Shown: positions 1 to 9,029 of the stretch, piece after piece
Numbering within the stretch: the first letter of the stretch is position 1
Layout: each line of letters begins with the position of its first letter
Source of the DNA: Candidatus Zixiibacteriota bacterium
Lineage (GTDB): Bacteria; Zixibacteria; MSB-5A5; GN15; FEB-12
Assembly: GCA_041908405.1 (NCBI GenBank)
Contig: JAYRFH010000019.1
Location: 1 to 46,513 of the forward strand
Length of the DNA stretch: 46,513 nucleotides
Direction of reading: 5' to 3'
Notes under the pieces: model-generated
Database searches by the model: none
Seen by the model: only the letters and a program-made list of their open reading frames with translations
Told to the model about the DNA's origin: nothing
Translations under genes and position numbers: made by a program

Positions 1-429
1 CAGGGAGTTTTTGTCACTCTCATGCTGGATGGTGACCTGCGCGGATGTGTCGGACGTATCCAGGCGCGCGAACCGATCACCGATGCGGTTGCCGCGATGG
101 CGCAGGCGGCGGCGTTCGAGGATCCCCGGTTTGCGGAACTGGCCGAAGAGGAATTCGAGAAACTGCATATTGAGATATCGCTCCTCTCCCGGCTCGAACG
201 GGTGAAGGATTTCGCCAATGATATCGTTATCGGCCGCGATGGCCTTTTGATCAAACTGGATATGCACTCCGGCCTGCTCCTTCCGCAGGTGGCGACAGAG
301 CATGGCTTCACGGTGGAGCAATTTCTGGAGCAGACCTGCCTGAAAGCGGGCCTCCCAAAGAACGCGTACAAAGACAAATACGCTGAAGTGTACAAGTTTT
401 CGGCGATGGTGTTTGAGGAGAAGAAGTAA
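1..429 (+). CDS. AMMECR1 domain protein (5' end outside window)
   Basis: Frame 1 is open from nt 1 (QGVFVTLMLDGDLRGCVGRI...). The motifs GVFVTL, G.LRGC.G, FEDPRF, LLPQVA.EHG and CLKAGLP are typical of AMMECR1. Stop codon at 427-429. Confidence 0.85.
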   Translation, partial: QGVFVTLMLDGDLRGCVGRIQAREPITDAVAAMAQAAAFEDPRFAELAEEEFEKLHIEISLLSRLERVKDFANDIVIGRDGLLIKLDMHSGLLLPQVATEHGFTVEQFLEQTCLKAGLPKNAYKDKYAEVYKFSAMVFEEKK

Positions 430-440
430 GGCTTTTGCGC

Positions 441-460
441 GGCAGACCCCCCGGTCTGCC
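441..460. terminator. Hairpin GGCAGACC-cccc-GGTCTGCC (8-bp stem) in a convergent intergenic gap
   Basis: Perfect 8-bp GC-rich stem with a 4-nt loop, 12 nt after the AMMECR1 stop. There is no clear U-tract. Confidence 0.4.
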
Positions 461-487
461 CGGGCTGTGTATCGATTTGAGCATCAG

Positions 488-507
488 GGCAGACGGGGAC
501 GTCTGCC
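488..507. terminator. Hairpin GGCAGACG-ggga-CGTCTGCC (8-bp stem), near-copy of the 441-460 stem
   Basis: Perfect 8-bp stem with a 4-nt loop, 16 nt beyond the stop of the minus-strand gene 523-903. It shares the GGCAGAC/GTCTGCC arms with the first hairpin. Confidence 0.4.
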
Positions 508-522
508 GCTCAAACAAGGCCT

Positions 523-903
523 TCATTCCACCGGCACCTGCACGTAATTCAACCCGTAATCAGCCGGCAATTCGTACTCCAGAAAAAAACGAAATGATTC
601 CGTGTGCTGGTCATGGAACAGCACGACAACTTCGATCGGGAATTTCCCCCACGTGTAAAACTGCTCGGTGAACGCGGACGCGCGGTCATCGTTGTGCCGG
701 ATCGGCTCGGCGAAGGTCTCATGCAGCCGATATTCGACTATCCGGATCTCATCCAGTATCTCCGACGGTTCATCCACAAAGATCGCCATATGGAAGTGCT
801 TCTTTTTCCCCGGACGCTGCTTGTACTCTATCCGTCCCTGAGAGTCGGTGACCAGTCGATAGCCGAATTGCATGCGGCAATATAGCCACTTGTCGGGGGG
901 CAT
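523..903 (-). CDS. Small cytoplasmic protein, prokaryotic YEATS-like (pYEATS) domain candidate
   Basis: I use the internal ATG at 903 (MPPDKWLYCRMQFGYRL...). The longer 206-aa ORF would overlap the divergent SDR gene. The segment IRIVEYRLHETFAEPIR....FTEQFYTWGKFPIEVVVLF resembles the V.Y.LH.SF..P / GWG.F.I core of YEATS/pYEATS beta-sandwiches. No signal peptide or TM segment. The start codon is uncertain (an alternative ATG lies at 873). Confidence 0.5.
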   Translation of the reverse strand: MPPDKWLYCRMQFGYRLVTDSQGRIEYKQRPGKKKHFHMAIFVDEPSEILDEIRIVEYRLHETFAEPIRHNDDRASAFTEQFYTWGKFPIEVVVLFHDQHTESFRFFLEYELPADYGLNYVQVPVE

Positions 904-924
904 ACAAATCTGTACATTCGCCGC

Positions 925-1911
925 ATGGCGAACAAGACTGTCCTCATCACCGGCGCCAACGGGTTTATCGGCTCCCGCCTCTGCCTGACATTTCTGCGGC
1001 AGGGATTTAAGGTGATCGCCGGTATCCGTCAGAACTGCGACCGACAGCTTCTCGACGGGCTGGCCGTTCAGTACCGATATGGTGATGTCACGGACCCCGC
1101 CTCGCTCCCCGCGATGGTCGCGAATGTTGATTTCGTCATACACAATGCTGGAGTTGTGAAAGCAAAGAATCGCGAGGGGTTCTTTCGGGTCAATGGTCAG
1201 GGGACAGCCAATCTACTTGCCGCTGTCGCGCAGCATAATCCGAATGTAACGCGAGTGGTCTATGTGTCATCACAGGCAGTCGGGGGACCATCGATCAACG
1301 GCCGACCAGTTGTCGAATCGGATGAACCGCATCCGGTCACAACGTACGGCGAATCCAAGCGGGCCGGGGAAGAAGCGACCATTGCGTACAAAGATCAGTT
1401 GAATGTGGTGATCGTCCGACCGACCGGCGTCTATGGTCCCGGCGACAAAGAGGTGCTCAGCTTTTTCCAGATAGCCAACAAGCACCTTCGCGTCTATTTC
1501 GGCGACACCACACGCAAAGTGCAGATGGTGCATGTCGATGACCTCTGTCGCGGCATTCTGACCGCGGCGACCAAAGAGAGCCGTTCCGGTTCGATCTATC
1601 ATATCGCTGAGAAGCAGGCGTACACGATCAAGGAACTGGTCGATATGATGCAGGCGGCCGTCGGTAAGAAAGCGATGACGCTGAATATCTCGGCGTCGCT
1701 TTTCCGGAAAATCGCCGCTATCTCCGAACGGACCGCGCGACTGTTTGGCGCGACTCCGATGCTGACTGTCGAGAAATGCAACGAACTGCTGGATAGCTGG
1801 GAAGTTGATGTCCGCAAGGCCAAGGATGAACTTGGATTTGAATCGGCGATCCCCTTTGCGCAGGGAGCGTCCGAGACCTATAGCTGGTACAAAGAGAATG
1901 GGTGGCTCTGA
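925..1911 (+). CDS. NAD(P)-dependent epimerase/dehydratase family protein (extended SDR)
   Basis: N-terminal Rossmann motif VLITGANGFIGSRL and catalytic Y..xK (TTYGESKRAGE). Length is 328 aa. Confidence 0.85.
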   Translation: MANKTVLITGANGFIGSRLCLTFLRQGFKVIAGIRQNCDRQLLDGLAVQYRYGDVTDPASLPAMVANVDFVIHNAGVVKAKNREGFFRVNGQGTANLLAAVAQHNPNVTRVVYVSSQAVGGPSINGRPVVESDEPHPVTTYGESKRAGEEATIAYKDQLNVVIVRPTGVYGPGDKEVLSFFQIANKHLRVYFGDTTRKVQMVHVDDLCRGILTAATKESRSGSIYHIAEKQAYTIKELVDMMQAAVGKKAMTLNISASLFRKIAAISERTARLFGATPMLTVEKCNELLDSWEVDVRKAKDELGFESAIPFAQGASETYSWYKENGWL

Positions 1912-2330
1912 TGGTTTCGTTTGAACTGCTGATGTATTGCGCCGTGATCGGCGGCATCTATCTGCTGGTGATCTCTCTCCTGTTTGACTTTTTGGAGCGG
2001 AGGCTCAAATTGACCGCGGGGATCCCGAAGGAGATGCTTGAGGAAGAAGGGTGTCTCTGGACCGCTATGAATTTCTTCATGGAGATTCTTTTCTACGTCA
2101 TCATACCATCAGTCGCCTACAGTTTCTTTTATCTCATACTGCCGCTTTCAGGCGCGAAGGCCGGACTTGGCTCAGCGTTGTTTGCGTTTATCCTCGGCGC
2201 GGCGCCGGTTGGGATGCGGCTTTCGGTAAGGATAAAGCTCCCGATGTCGTATATTCTCTTTATCATGCTGTCGCATATCGTCAAGCTAGGCGGCTCACTG
2301 GCCATCATCGCTCATCTCTACACGCTGTAG
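1911..2330 (+). CDS. Integral membrane protein, unknown function
   Basis: Four hydrophobic helices. The ATG at 1911 overlaps the SDR stop (TGATG); the ORF track starts at a GTG at 1902 in the same frame. Confidence 0.6.
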   Translation: MVSFELLMYCAVIGGIYLLVISLLFDFLERRLKLTAGIPKEMLEEEGCLWTAMNFFMEILFYVIIPSVAYSFFYLILPLSGAKAGLGSALFAFILGAAPVGMRLSVRIKLPMSYILFIMLSHIVKLGGSLAIIAHLYTL

Positions 2331-2343
2331 CGGAGATGGAAGC

Positions 2344-3519
2344 ATGAACACCGTTTCATCCGCCGCTGATTTCGCCTGGGCGCGCTCGCTCTTTCCGCAC
2401 ACCGGAAATGTTGTCTACCTCAATACCGCATCCTATGGTCCGATCTGTCTGCCGGTCAAACAGGCGATCGATGAAAACATGGAGATGCGGCTTACGTGCC
2501 GCAAAGACGACACCAAGCTTGTCATGGCTGCCGCGGAGGAACTGCGTCACGGCTATGCCGAACTGATCGGCGCGCAGGCGCGCGAGGTGGGAATCGGCCT
2601 CAGCACAACCTTTGGCATCAATATCGCGGCCTTCGGCCTTCCATTAAAATCCGGCGATGAGGTGCTGCTTTCAGATGTTGATTTCCCCGTCAATATCTAT
2701 TGCTGGAAAGCCGCGGCGGAGAGCCGCGGATATAGATTGAAGTATATCCCGTCACCGAACCGGATGTTTGATGTCGATGTACTTCGCGCGGCGATCACGC
2801 CGAAGAGCAAAGTGCTGGCAATATCATTCGTTCAGTTTTTCAACGGCTTCAAATGCGATATGGTGGAGATAGGGAAGTTCTGCCGAGAGCAAGGGTTGTA
2901 CTTTGTCGTCGATGGCATCCAGGGGATGGGGGCTGAGCCGATCGACATGAATGCCGCCAATATTGATATCTTCGCGGTCGGTTGCCAGAAGTGGATGTTA
3001 TCTCCGCAGGGGTCGGGGTTTTTCTATGTCAGTGACCGGATCCAGTCGAAGATGACGATTCCTTTCGGCTCCTGGCTGGGGTGCGATTGGGGCGGGCAAT
3101 ATTCGGACCTGCTGTATCACGACAAGGAGTGGCTGGAGAGTGCCCGGAAATTCGAGATGGGGTATTACGCGGTCTGGAATATCCTCGGGATGAAAGCCGC
3201 GTTGGAGATGTTCACGCGATTGGGGATAGAGAATATTCGGCGTCACAATCATGCGCTACTTGATCGACTGATAGCGTACTTGCGGAGTGAGCCAATATTC
3301 ACGATCACATCATCACTGGAAGAGAAACATCGGTCATCGATCGTATCGTTCAGCGCGCCGGAGATCCCGAAACTGCACCGCAAGATCCTCGATGCCAGAA
3401 TCACATTGGTCCATCGTGAGGGATCTATCCGTGTATCGCCGCACCTGTTCAACAACGAATCGGATATCGATCGGCTTATCGAACAACTCGACCAGTACGC
3501 GCGAAGCTTGCGCGCCTAA
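2344..3519 (+). CDS. Class V aminotransferase / cysteine desulfurase-like PLP enzyme
   Basis: GGAG lies upstream of the ATG. 391 aa with a class-V fold signature, including the putative PLP-lysine context FAVGCQKWMLSPQGSGFFY. Confidence 0.8.
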   Translation: MNTVSSAADFAWARSLFPHTGNVVYLNTASYGPICLPVKQAIDENMEMRLTCRKDDTKLVMAAAEELRHGYAELIGAQAREVGIGLSTTFGINIAAFGLPLKSGDEVLLSDVDFPVNIYCWKAAAESRGYRLKYIPSPNRMFDVDVLRAAITPKSKVLAISFVQFFNGFKCDMVEIGKFCREQGLYFVVDGIQGMGAEPIDMNAANIDIFAVGCQKWMLSPQGSGFFYVSDRIQSKMTIPFGSWLGCDWGGQYSDLLYHDKEWLESARKFEMGYYAVWNILGMKAALEMFTRLGIENIRRHNHALLDRLIAYLRSEPIFTITSSLEEKHRSSIVSFSAPEIPKLHRKILDARITLVHREGSIRVSPHLFNNESDIDRLIEQLDQYARSLRA

Positions 3520-4643
3520 AAGCCGACCGAAAGCTGCATCGCGAAAAGATCAACGTCCAGCTCCTCATTCATCTCGCAGCGGTTTAATTGGGTGACCAGC
3601 TTCAGCAATGTCTGACGATTCAGTCGGTGCCCAATTCCGAATTCGTATCGCTTGACCGGATAATCCCACTTCTCCTCATCGCCTGAAGAGGTCGTAACCG
3701 TCCCCGGTTCAAAAAAGTCGTAGCGGCCGGCAAGGTACCATCCCGGCGAGAACTTATACTTCGCTTCGATATATCCGGAAGTGACTGAAAGGTCGGGCAG
3801 ATACGGGTGTTCCCACTGTGCCCAGTAGCTTTCCGAGAATACTTCTATATAGCGGCTCGACCAGTAGAAATCGTACCCAACACCTGTATTCATATAGTCA
3901 ACATAATCGTGTCCTTCGGGGATAGCATCGGCATAGACATACTCAGAAAGATAGGGGCCGTAGAAACCGGCCGCGCCGATCATGAGACCGGGAGTAAAGT
4001 AATAGCTCAGCTTGGTCGTTACCTGCGGGATATCTTTGCCTTGCTCCAATGTAGGGAGAGAGACCGCGCCACTGAGCAAGGCAAGAGAGTAGTCGAGCTT
4101 TCCGATAGAGCCGTAGAACTCCGCGCCGGTATTCCAGCAGGCATCGTACACGATCGGCAGACCAAGGTTGTAGCGAGTGTCGCGACGAGCCAGGAGTTGG
4201 TCGACAGTGCGCATGGAGTCGGATATAAATCCAACCAGGTTCGAGTGATAGTTGAAAAGAAGCGGCGTGCCAATAAGTGGATTCTTGTCACTGTAGACAC
4301 GGGCGCCGAATGAACCGACCGTGGTTGGAATGTATCCCGCCTGGAGATTCAGGTATTTCCCTGCGAGATTTGTGAAGCGAATATAAGCACCATAAATGAT
4401 CACCGAATTGTTGTCGGTCATGAGTTGAACGAAAGCGGATGCATTCTCAGAGAGCGTGGCATCAAAGAATAACCGCGTCCTGAGCGTGTGAAACGGCGAG
4501 TGCTTCTTGAAGGTGATATTGGTATAGTCATCGTTGTCGGCGTTCTTGAAGACGATATCCGTCATGCCACTGACCGACAATTCCGCCGAGGCCGAACCGG
4601 CTAACAGCAACAGAACGACAAGGAGTGTGAAGATCCTTTTCAT
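3516..4643 (-). CDS. Outer-membrane beta-barrel (porin-like) protein
   Basis: The ATG at 4643 is preceded by GAGGT. Signal peptide MKRIFTLLVVLLLLAGSASA, alternating amphipathic strands, and a C-terminal ...LSVGF aromatic terminus. It lies 7 nt downstream of the kinase stop. Confidence 0.7.
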   Translation of the reverse strand: MKRIFTLLVVLLLLAGSASAELSVSGMTDIVFKNADNDDYTNITFKKHSPFHTLRTRLFFDATLSENASAFVQLMTDNNSVIIYGAYIRFTNLAGKYLNLQAGYIPTTVGSFGARVYSDKNPLIGTPLLFNYHSNLVGFISDSMRTVDQLLARRDTRYNLGLPIVYDACWNTGAEFYGSIGKLDYSLALLSGAVSLPTLEQGKDIPQVTTKLSYYFTPGLMIGAAGFYGPYLSEYVYADAIPEGHDYVDYMNTGVGYDFYWSSRYIEVFSESYWAQWEHPYLPDLSVTSGYIEAKYKFSPGWYLAGRYDFFEPGTVTTSSGDEEKWDYPVKRYEFGIGHRLNRQTLLKLVTQLNRCEMNEELDVDLFAMQLSVGF

Positions 4644-4650
4644 GTTTACC

Positions 4651-6423
4651 TCACGCAAATACAGCTTCGTTCTCCCGCGTTGCGGTGGTCAACGCGCGGG
4701 GGAGGGCGATGACAAACCGGCTCCCTTGACCGGGCGCGGATATGACTGAGATCACTCCGCCATGGTCATCGATTATCTTCTTGGTGATGGCGAGCCCGAG
4801 ACCGGTGCCGCCTTCTTTATTGCTGGTAACGAACGGTTCAAAGAGAGTTGCCTTGATGGCATCAGGGATCCCGGGCCCATTGTCGGCTATCTCGATAGTG
4901 AGCGCATCTTCGGCCAGTCTCCAGCGGATCTCCACACGGTCACCCGGTTTAAGCGCCTCGCGCGCGTTATTGAGAATATTGTCTACCACACGGCGGAATC
5001 TATTCGGATCAAGGGTCACAGTTATGGGGCGGCACACAGGCGCTATCAGTTGTATGCCGACTGCCTGAAAGGAGGCCGAGTGGAACTCTTGAACGGCGGC
5101 AAAATACTCGGAGAGGTTCACCGGCGCGAGATCGAGTCTGCTTTCACCACGAGAGTAATCGATGACATCGCGGGCGAGGTCGACCATCCGGTCAACCTGT
5201 GACTGGATAGTACCGCAATAGGCGACCAGTTTGCCATTGGATGGGTCCTTACGCTGGATCAGTTCGACCGTCCCGCGAATGACCGCCATGGGGCTCTTGA
5301 AGTCATGGATGATGCCGGTGGCCAGTTTACCGATCGCGGCCAGCCGTTCCGACCGCAGTGACGCGTTGTGTGCCTTGTCGATATCCTCTCGACTCTTGAC
5401 TATCTGCCTGCGCATCTTTTCGAATTCACCCGTCAAATAGCCAAGTTCGTCTTTCGACAGTGGTGTTACATGAAACTCCATCTGTCCCGACGCTATTTTT
5501 TCGGCCGCCTGCACCAGGTTGGTGATCTGTCGCCCGATCTGGCGCGACGTGAAGATATAGATAACCAGCATGGCGAGCAGACCACCACCGGCCGCGAAGA
5601 AAAGCAGATAGGTCGTGATCTCCGATTTTATTGGCGCAATATGCTCATCGAGCGAGGCCACAAACGTCACGGTCGTCATTTCGCCAAGCCCCGGTGACGT
5701 GGAGAGGACCAGTTCCTCATCCTTCACACGCAGGGTACTGAGGAGCTGTTTGTCCGCGGCCAGAAGCGACAACTGACCATCACTGCGCAGACGTGTCATA
5801 AGCGGTGACTTGCTTTGGCCGATAACCTCATCGCCGTGAGTGATCAGCACATCAAATCCGGTCAACTGCCGGAGGTCTTCGGCAAATCCCTGCGAGGCAG
5901 AATGCCCGGCCATGATCCAGCCCAACGGTAATCCGTCGGAGGTAGTTACCTGACTTATGAGCACTTCATAGGTGATAGTGTCGGAGCGAAGAAAATCTGA
6001 TTCAGGGTCATTGGCATTCAGCAGTCGGCGTGACTGAAGCTGTCGTGCGACCGAAGGCGGGATATTCGGCGTGAGATAGGTCAGTTGCCGGCTGGAACTG
6101 AAGCAGGCGAGGAAATCCGCGCTGAGGAGTTCCTCGTAGGCGGGAAGCTCGATCGCGATCGTGCCGGAGTCTTCGGTGGCCAATGTCGCCAGAAAACGCG
6201 GCGAGGTGAGAACAGATTCAAGCTCGCGAATTCGCGTGTAGCGGTGCAGATCGGAGTATTGCTGCAGGACCACTTGCGCGCGGCTGAACCGCTGGCGAAA
6301 CATCTCGACCAGACCGGATTTAACGACATGCGAGGTGATGACCTGGGAACCAATGATAAAGGCCGCGATGACCGCGGCGAGAAACAACAAGTACCGTTGG
6401 GTAAGCGACAGCGCCAGCTTCAT
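4651..6423 (-). CDS. Membrane sensor histidine kinase (2 TM, periplasmic domain, HAMP, HisKA, HATPase_c)
   Basis: TM1 LLFLAAVIAAFIIG and TM2 YLLFFAAGGGLLAMLVIYIF. H-box IIHDFKSPM, N-box NNILNNAREA, G-boxes DNGPGIP and GTGLGLAI. Its start overlaps the upstream stop (ATGA at 6420-6423). Confidence 0.9.
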   Translation of the reverse strand: MKLALSLTQRYLLFLAAVIAAFIIGSQVITSHVVKSGLVEMFRQRFSRAQVVLQQYSDLHRYTRIRELESVLTSPRFLATLATEDSGTIAIELPAYEELLSADFLACFSSSRQLTYLTPNIPPSVARQLQSRRLLNANDPESDFLRSDTITYEVLISQVTTSDGLPLGWIMAGHSASQGFAEDLRQLTGFDVLITHGDEVIGQSKSPLMTRLRSDGQLSLLAADKQLLSTLRVKDEELVLSTSPGLGEMTTVTFVASLDEHIAPIKSEITTYLLFFAAGGGLLAMLVIYIFTSRQIGRQITNLVQAAEKIASGQMEFHVTPLSKDELGYLTGEFEKMRRQIVKSREDIDKAHNASLRSERLAAIGKLATGIIHDFKSPMAVIRGTVELIQRKDPSNGKLVAYCGTIQSQVDRMVDLARDVIDYSRGESRLDLAPVNLSEYFAAVQEFHSASFQAVGIQLIAPVCRPITVTLDPNRFRRVVDNILNNAREALKPGDRVEIRWRLAEDALTIEIADNGPGIPDAIKATLFEPFVTSNKEGGTGLGLAITKKIIDDHGGVISVISAPGQGSRFVIALPRALTTATRENEAVFA

Positions 6424-7088
6424 TCAAGCTCCAACTGGATGGGCGTGTCACCGACCGTCAGCGGCTGAGCGATCTCCGGCTGATTCTCCTGCCAGACATG
6501 CAGCATGTAACTTCCGGGGCGGACATCGGGGATCGTGAAATGACCCTTGTCATCAGAAGTAACACAATACGGTGTCGCGAGCACATGGATATACCCGCGC
6601 ATCGAGTAATGGATCTCGCAAAAGACCTTGATCACTCCGGGCTTATCGAAAGTGACTTCGGCGGTCTCACCCTCGGGGTAACGGCCCAGATCGAATTTGC
6701 GCGGCTTGGAATAGGAAAACACATTGTGAAAGAATGGATCCTTATTCGGGAACGAGACCGTGGTGCCAACACCCACCGCAAGCACCGGCGGCTGAAACAT
6801 CATATCCTTTTGAGCCATGCTCGGCATGACCGCAGGCTGGGTGATCGGCGGAAGTGAATCACCGGTGAGCCAGACGACAGAATAGAGTCCAGGATTGCAG
6901 GCGCAGTTCGAAGCATTCTTGTCGCTAGTGACAGGCGCGGCAGATCTTCCCCGGTAGCGATCAGCACCGCGAGTCGGTGCCGGTTCCGATGGCTTCCGTT
7001 TCACGACTCCGGAAATATCCGCGGCCATCACGGAACCGCTGATGGCGATAGCCAATCCGATGGTCAGAAATGCGAGTGGTCTCTTCAT
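6420..7088 (-). CDS. Secreted cupredoxin-like protein with C-terminal carboxypeptidase-regulatory-like domain
   Basis: I use the ATG at 7088 (MKRPLAFLTIGLAIAISGSVMA signal peptide). FPNKDPFFHNVFS plus VFCEIHYSMRG give a His...Cys-x2-His-x2-Met arrangement like type-1 copper sites. The tail GHFTIPDVRPGSYMLHVW looks like a CarboxypepD_reg fold. Confidence 0.65.
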   Translation of the reverse strand: MKRPLAFLTIGLAIAISGSVMAADISGVVKRKPSEPAPTRGADRYRGRSAAPVTSDKNASNCACNPGLYSVVWLTGDSLPPITQPAVMPSMAQKDMMFQPPVLAVGVGTTVSFPNKDPFFHNVFSYSKPRKFDLGRYPEGETAEVTFDKPGVIKVFCEIHYSMRGYIHVLATPYCVTSDDKGHFTIPDVRPGSYMLHVWQENQPEIAQPLTVGDTPIQLELE

Positions 7089-7328
7089 TATATATAGCCT
7101 CTTTGATGGAGTATCGGGCAAATCGGCCAATGGTTTAGCCACGTTAGGACTACCCGTTCAATAACTCCTTGACTATTCGACGGTTACGATTGGTATAGTG
7201 GTCTAATATGGTGCATAATAACGAGTTAGATGACTGGCCGCCCATGGCAGATCGGCTGGTGGGCATAATGCGGGCCTCTTCCTGATTGAAATGACAAGCG
7301 CGGGAAAAACGGATATATTCACCCACTG

Positions 7329-8375
7329 ATGACCATCGACACGAACTCAAAGATCCTCGTTACCGGAGCATCGGGATCGCTCGGCAAACAGCTCCTCTAC
7401 GAACTGACCAAACAGGGATACCGCCCCATCGCGCATCTTCGCGAAAGTTCGAAATCAGAATATATCGACTCGCTCGGCCTGGAGAAGAGGTACGCGGATA
7501 TCCGCATGCAACCGCAACTCGAGAAGCTGGTGGAGGGGATCGATGTCGTCATTCACACCGTTGCGCTTGTGAATTTTCGGCGCGACCGACTCACCCAGTT
7601 CACCGGCGTCAATACGTTTGGCGCGACCGGGATGTACACAGCCGCGAAAAACGCCGGCGTAAAACGGTTTGTGCATGTCTCCAGCGTCGCCGCGATCGGC
7701 GCGGTCTTTCGTACCAACGGCGAAGACCTTGCCCACCCGAATGAACTGGCCAATGAAGAATTCGAGTTCAATCTGCGCCATCTGCAGATACCGTATATTA
7801 TGACGAAGCGCGCGGCCGAGGAAGAACTGACCAAACTGGCCGCGCTGGGCGGGCCCGAACTGGTGATCGTCAATCCCGCTATTATCGTCGCGCCTTCGCG
7901 CACTGGCGATGACCGCGCCAAAGCGATCAAACGATTCAATCAGATCATCCTCCCGGGACTGCACAACTGGGTCAATCTGGTGGACATTCGCGATGTTGCC
8001 CCGGCGATCGTCGCGGCCATGAACAAAGGACGCTCCGGTCATCGGTATATTCTCGGCGGCGACAATATCACCGAACGTGATCTGGTCCTGCATGTCACCG
8101 CAATGCTCAAGATCACGCCGCATGTCTGGTCGATTCCCCGCGGCCTGACCGATTTTGCCGGATGGTTCGCCGGGAAATATCATGACATCCGCTCACGCTT
8201 CGGCTCCGGCCATAAGGTATCCTTCTATCCGGATATCGTGAAATTGCTGGACTATGACTGGGCCTTTTCATCGCAGAAAGCACGCGAAGAATTGGGGTTC
8301 CGTCCCCGCTCACTGTTTATCACGCTCAAGGATCTGCTGTCGAACGATTTCCGCGGCACCTATATGAAGCCGTAG
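7329..8375 (+). CDS. NAD(P)-dependent epimerase/dehydratase family protein (SDR), paralog of 925-1911
   Basis: ILVTGASGSLGKQL glycine motif and catalytic YIMTK. Length is 348 aa. Confidence 0.85.
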   Translation: MTIDTNSKILVTGASGSLGKQLLYELTKQGYRPIAHLRESSKSEYIDSLGLEKRYADIRMQPQLEKLVEGIDVVIHTVALVNFRRDRLTQFTGVNTFGATGMYTAAKNAGVKRFVHVSSVAAIGAVFRTNGEDLAHPNELANEEFEFNLRHLQIPYIMTKRAAEEELTKLAALGGPELVIVNPAIIVAPSRTGDDRAKAIKRFNQIILPGLHNWVNLVDIRDVAPAIVAAMNKGRSGHRYILGGDNITERDLVLHVTAMLKITPHVWSIPRGLTDFAGWFAGKYHDIRSRFGSGHKVSFYPDIVKLLDYDWAFSSQKAREELGFRPRSLFITLKDLLSNDFRGTYMKP

Positions 8376-8421
8376 GTTCTGCCGATACACTCTGCATCGA
8401 CCGGGCAGAAACGGAGTATTA

Positions 8422-8733
8422 ATGCGTCGACAAAACTCAGTAACATCCGCTCGCTGGTTTCCAGTTCTGCTGGGAGGGATCATCGGCGCGATCACGCTCT
8501 GGCCGATGTCCTACCATACGCTGAATAACTCAACGTCCGGAATCGCTCTCGGCTGGGGGATATTCTGCGCCATCGCCGGTCTCTATCTTGGCGCCACGAC
8601 TGACCACCAGTTATCCAGGATAGCGCTGCTCATCTGCGGGGGAGTGGCGTGCGCGATGGTGATACGGATAATTGTCGACTGCGCGATCGACCCGACCAAC
8701 CACAACCTCTGCCCTTTGAATTTGTCTGGATGA
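8422..8733 (+). CDS. Small integral membrane protein (possibly frameshifted or truncated at the 3' end)
   Basis: ACGGAG lies upstream of the ATG. Three hydrophobic helices. A fourth hydrophobic segment continues in another frame after ~8710 (see findings). Confidence 0.5.
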   Translation: MRRQNSVTSARWFPVLLGGIIGAITLWPMSYHTLNNSTSGIALGWGIFCAIAGLYLGATTDHQLSRIALLICGGVACAMVIRIIVDCAIDPTNHNLCPLNLSG

Positions 8734-9029
8734 TGATGGTCTGTTTTCCGGCTTCGTTGGCGGGAGCGTTTCTCGGAAGGCGCTTGCTAGCGAAATAGCG
8801 ATTTCCCTTCGCCCGTATTACATGTGTCAGTTCTCCTCAATGTGTCCCCCTTAATAGGGGAGGCCTTTCCCTTACCCCTCTGCACACAATAGTTCAAAAC
8901 AGATAACCGACTGAACCGCAATAGCCTGATGGTGACAGCCTGACATCCCCCATGTCACATCTGATATCCGGGTGATTCCTTGCCCGATTTCCGGTAGACG
9001 ATTCCTGCGCTCCCACGTACATTAATGCC

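Noticed and set aside
523-1143. Full 206-aa version of the pYEATS-like ORF.
   Set aside because: Its first 80 codons overlap the start of the well-supported divergent SDR gene (925-1911) and look non-protein-like. The internal ATG at 903 is preferred.
7169-7199. Sigma-70-like promoter TTGACT-N19-TATAGT upstream of the second SDR gene.
   Set aside because: The 19-nt spacer is longer than the canonical 17 +/- 1, and the promoter consensus of this lineage is unknown. Support is too weak to annotate.
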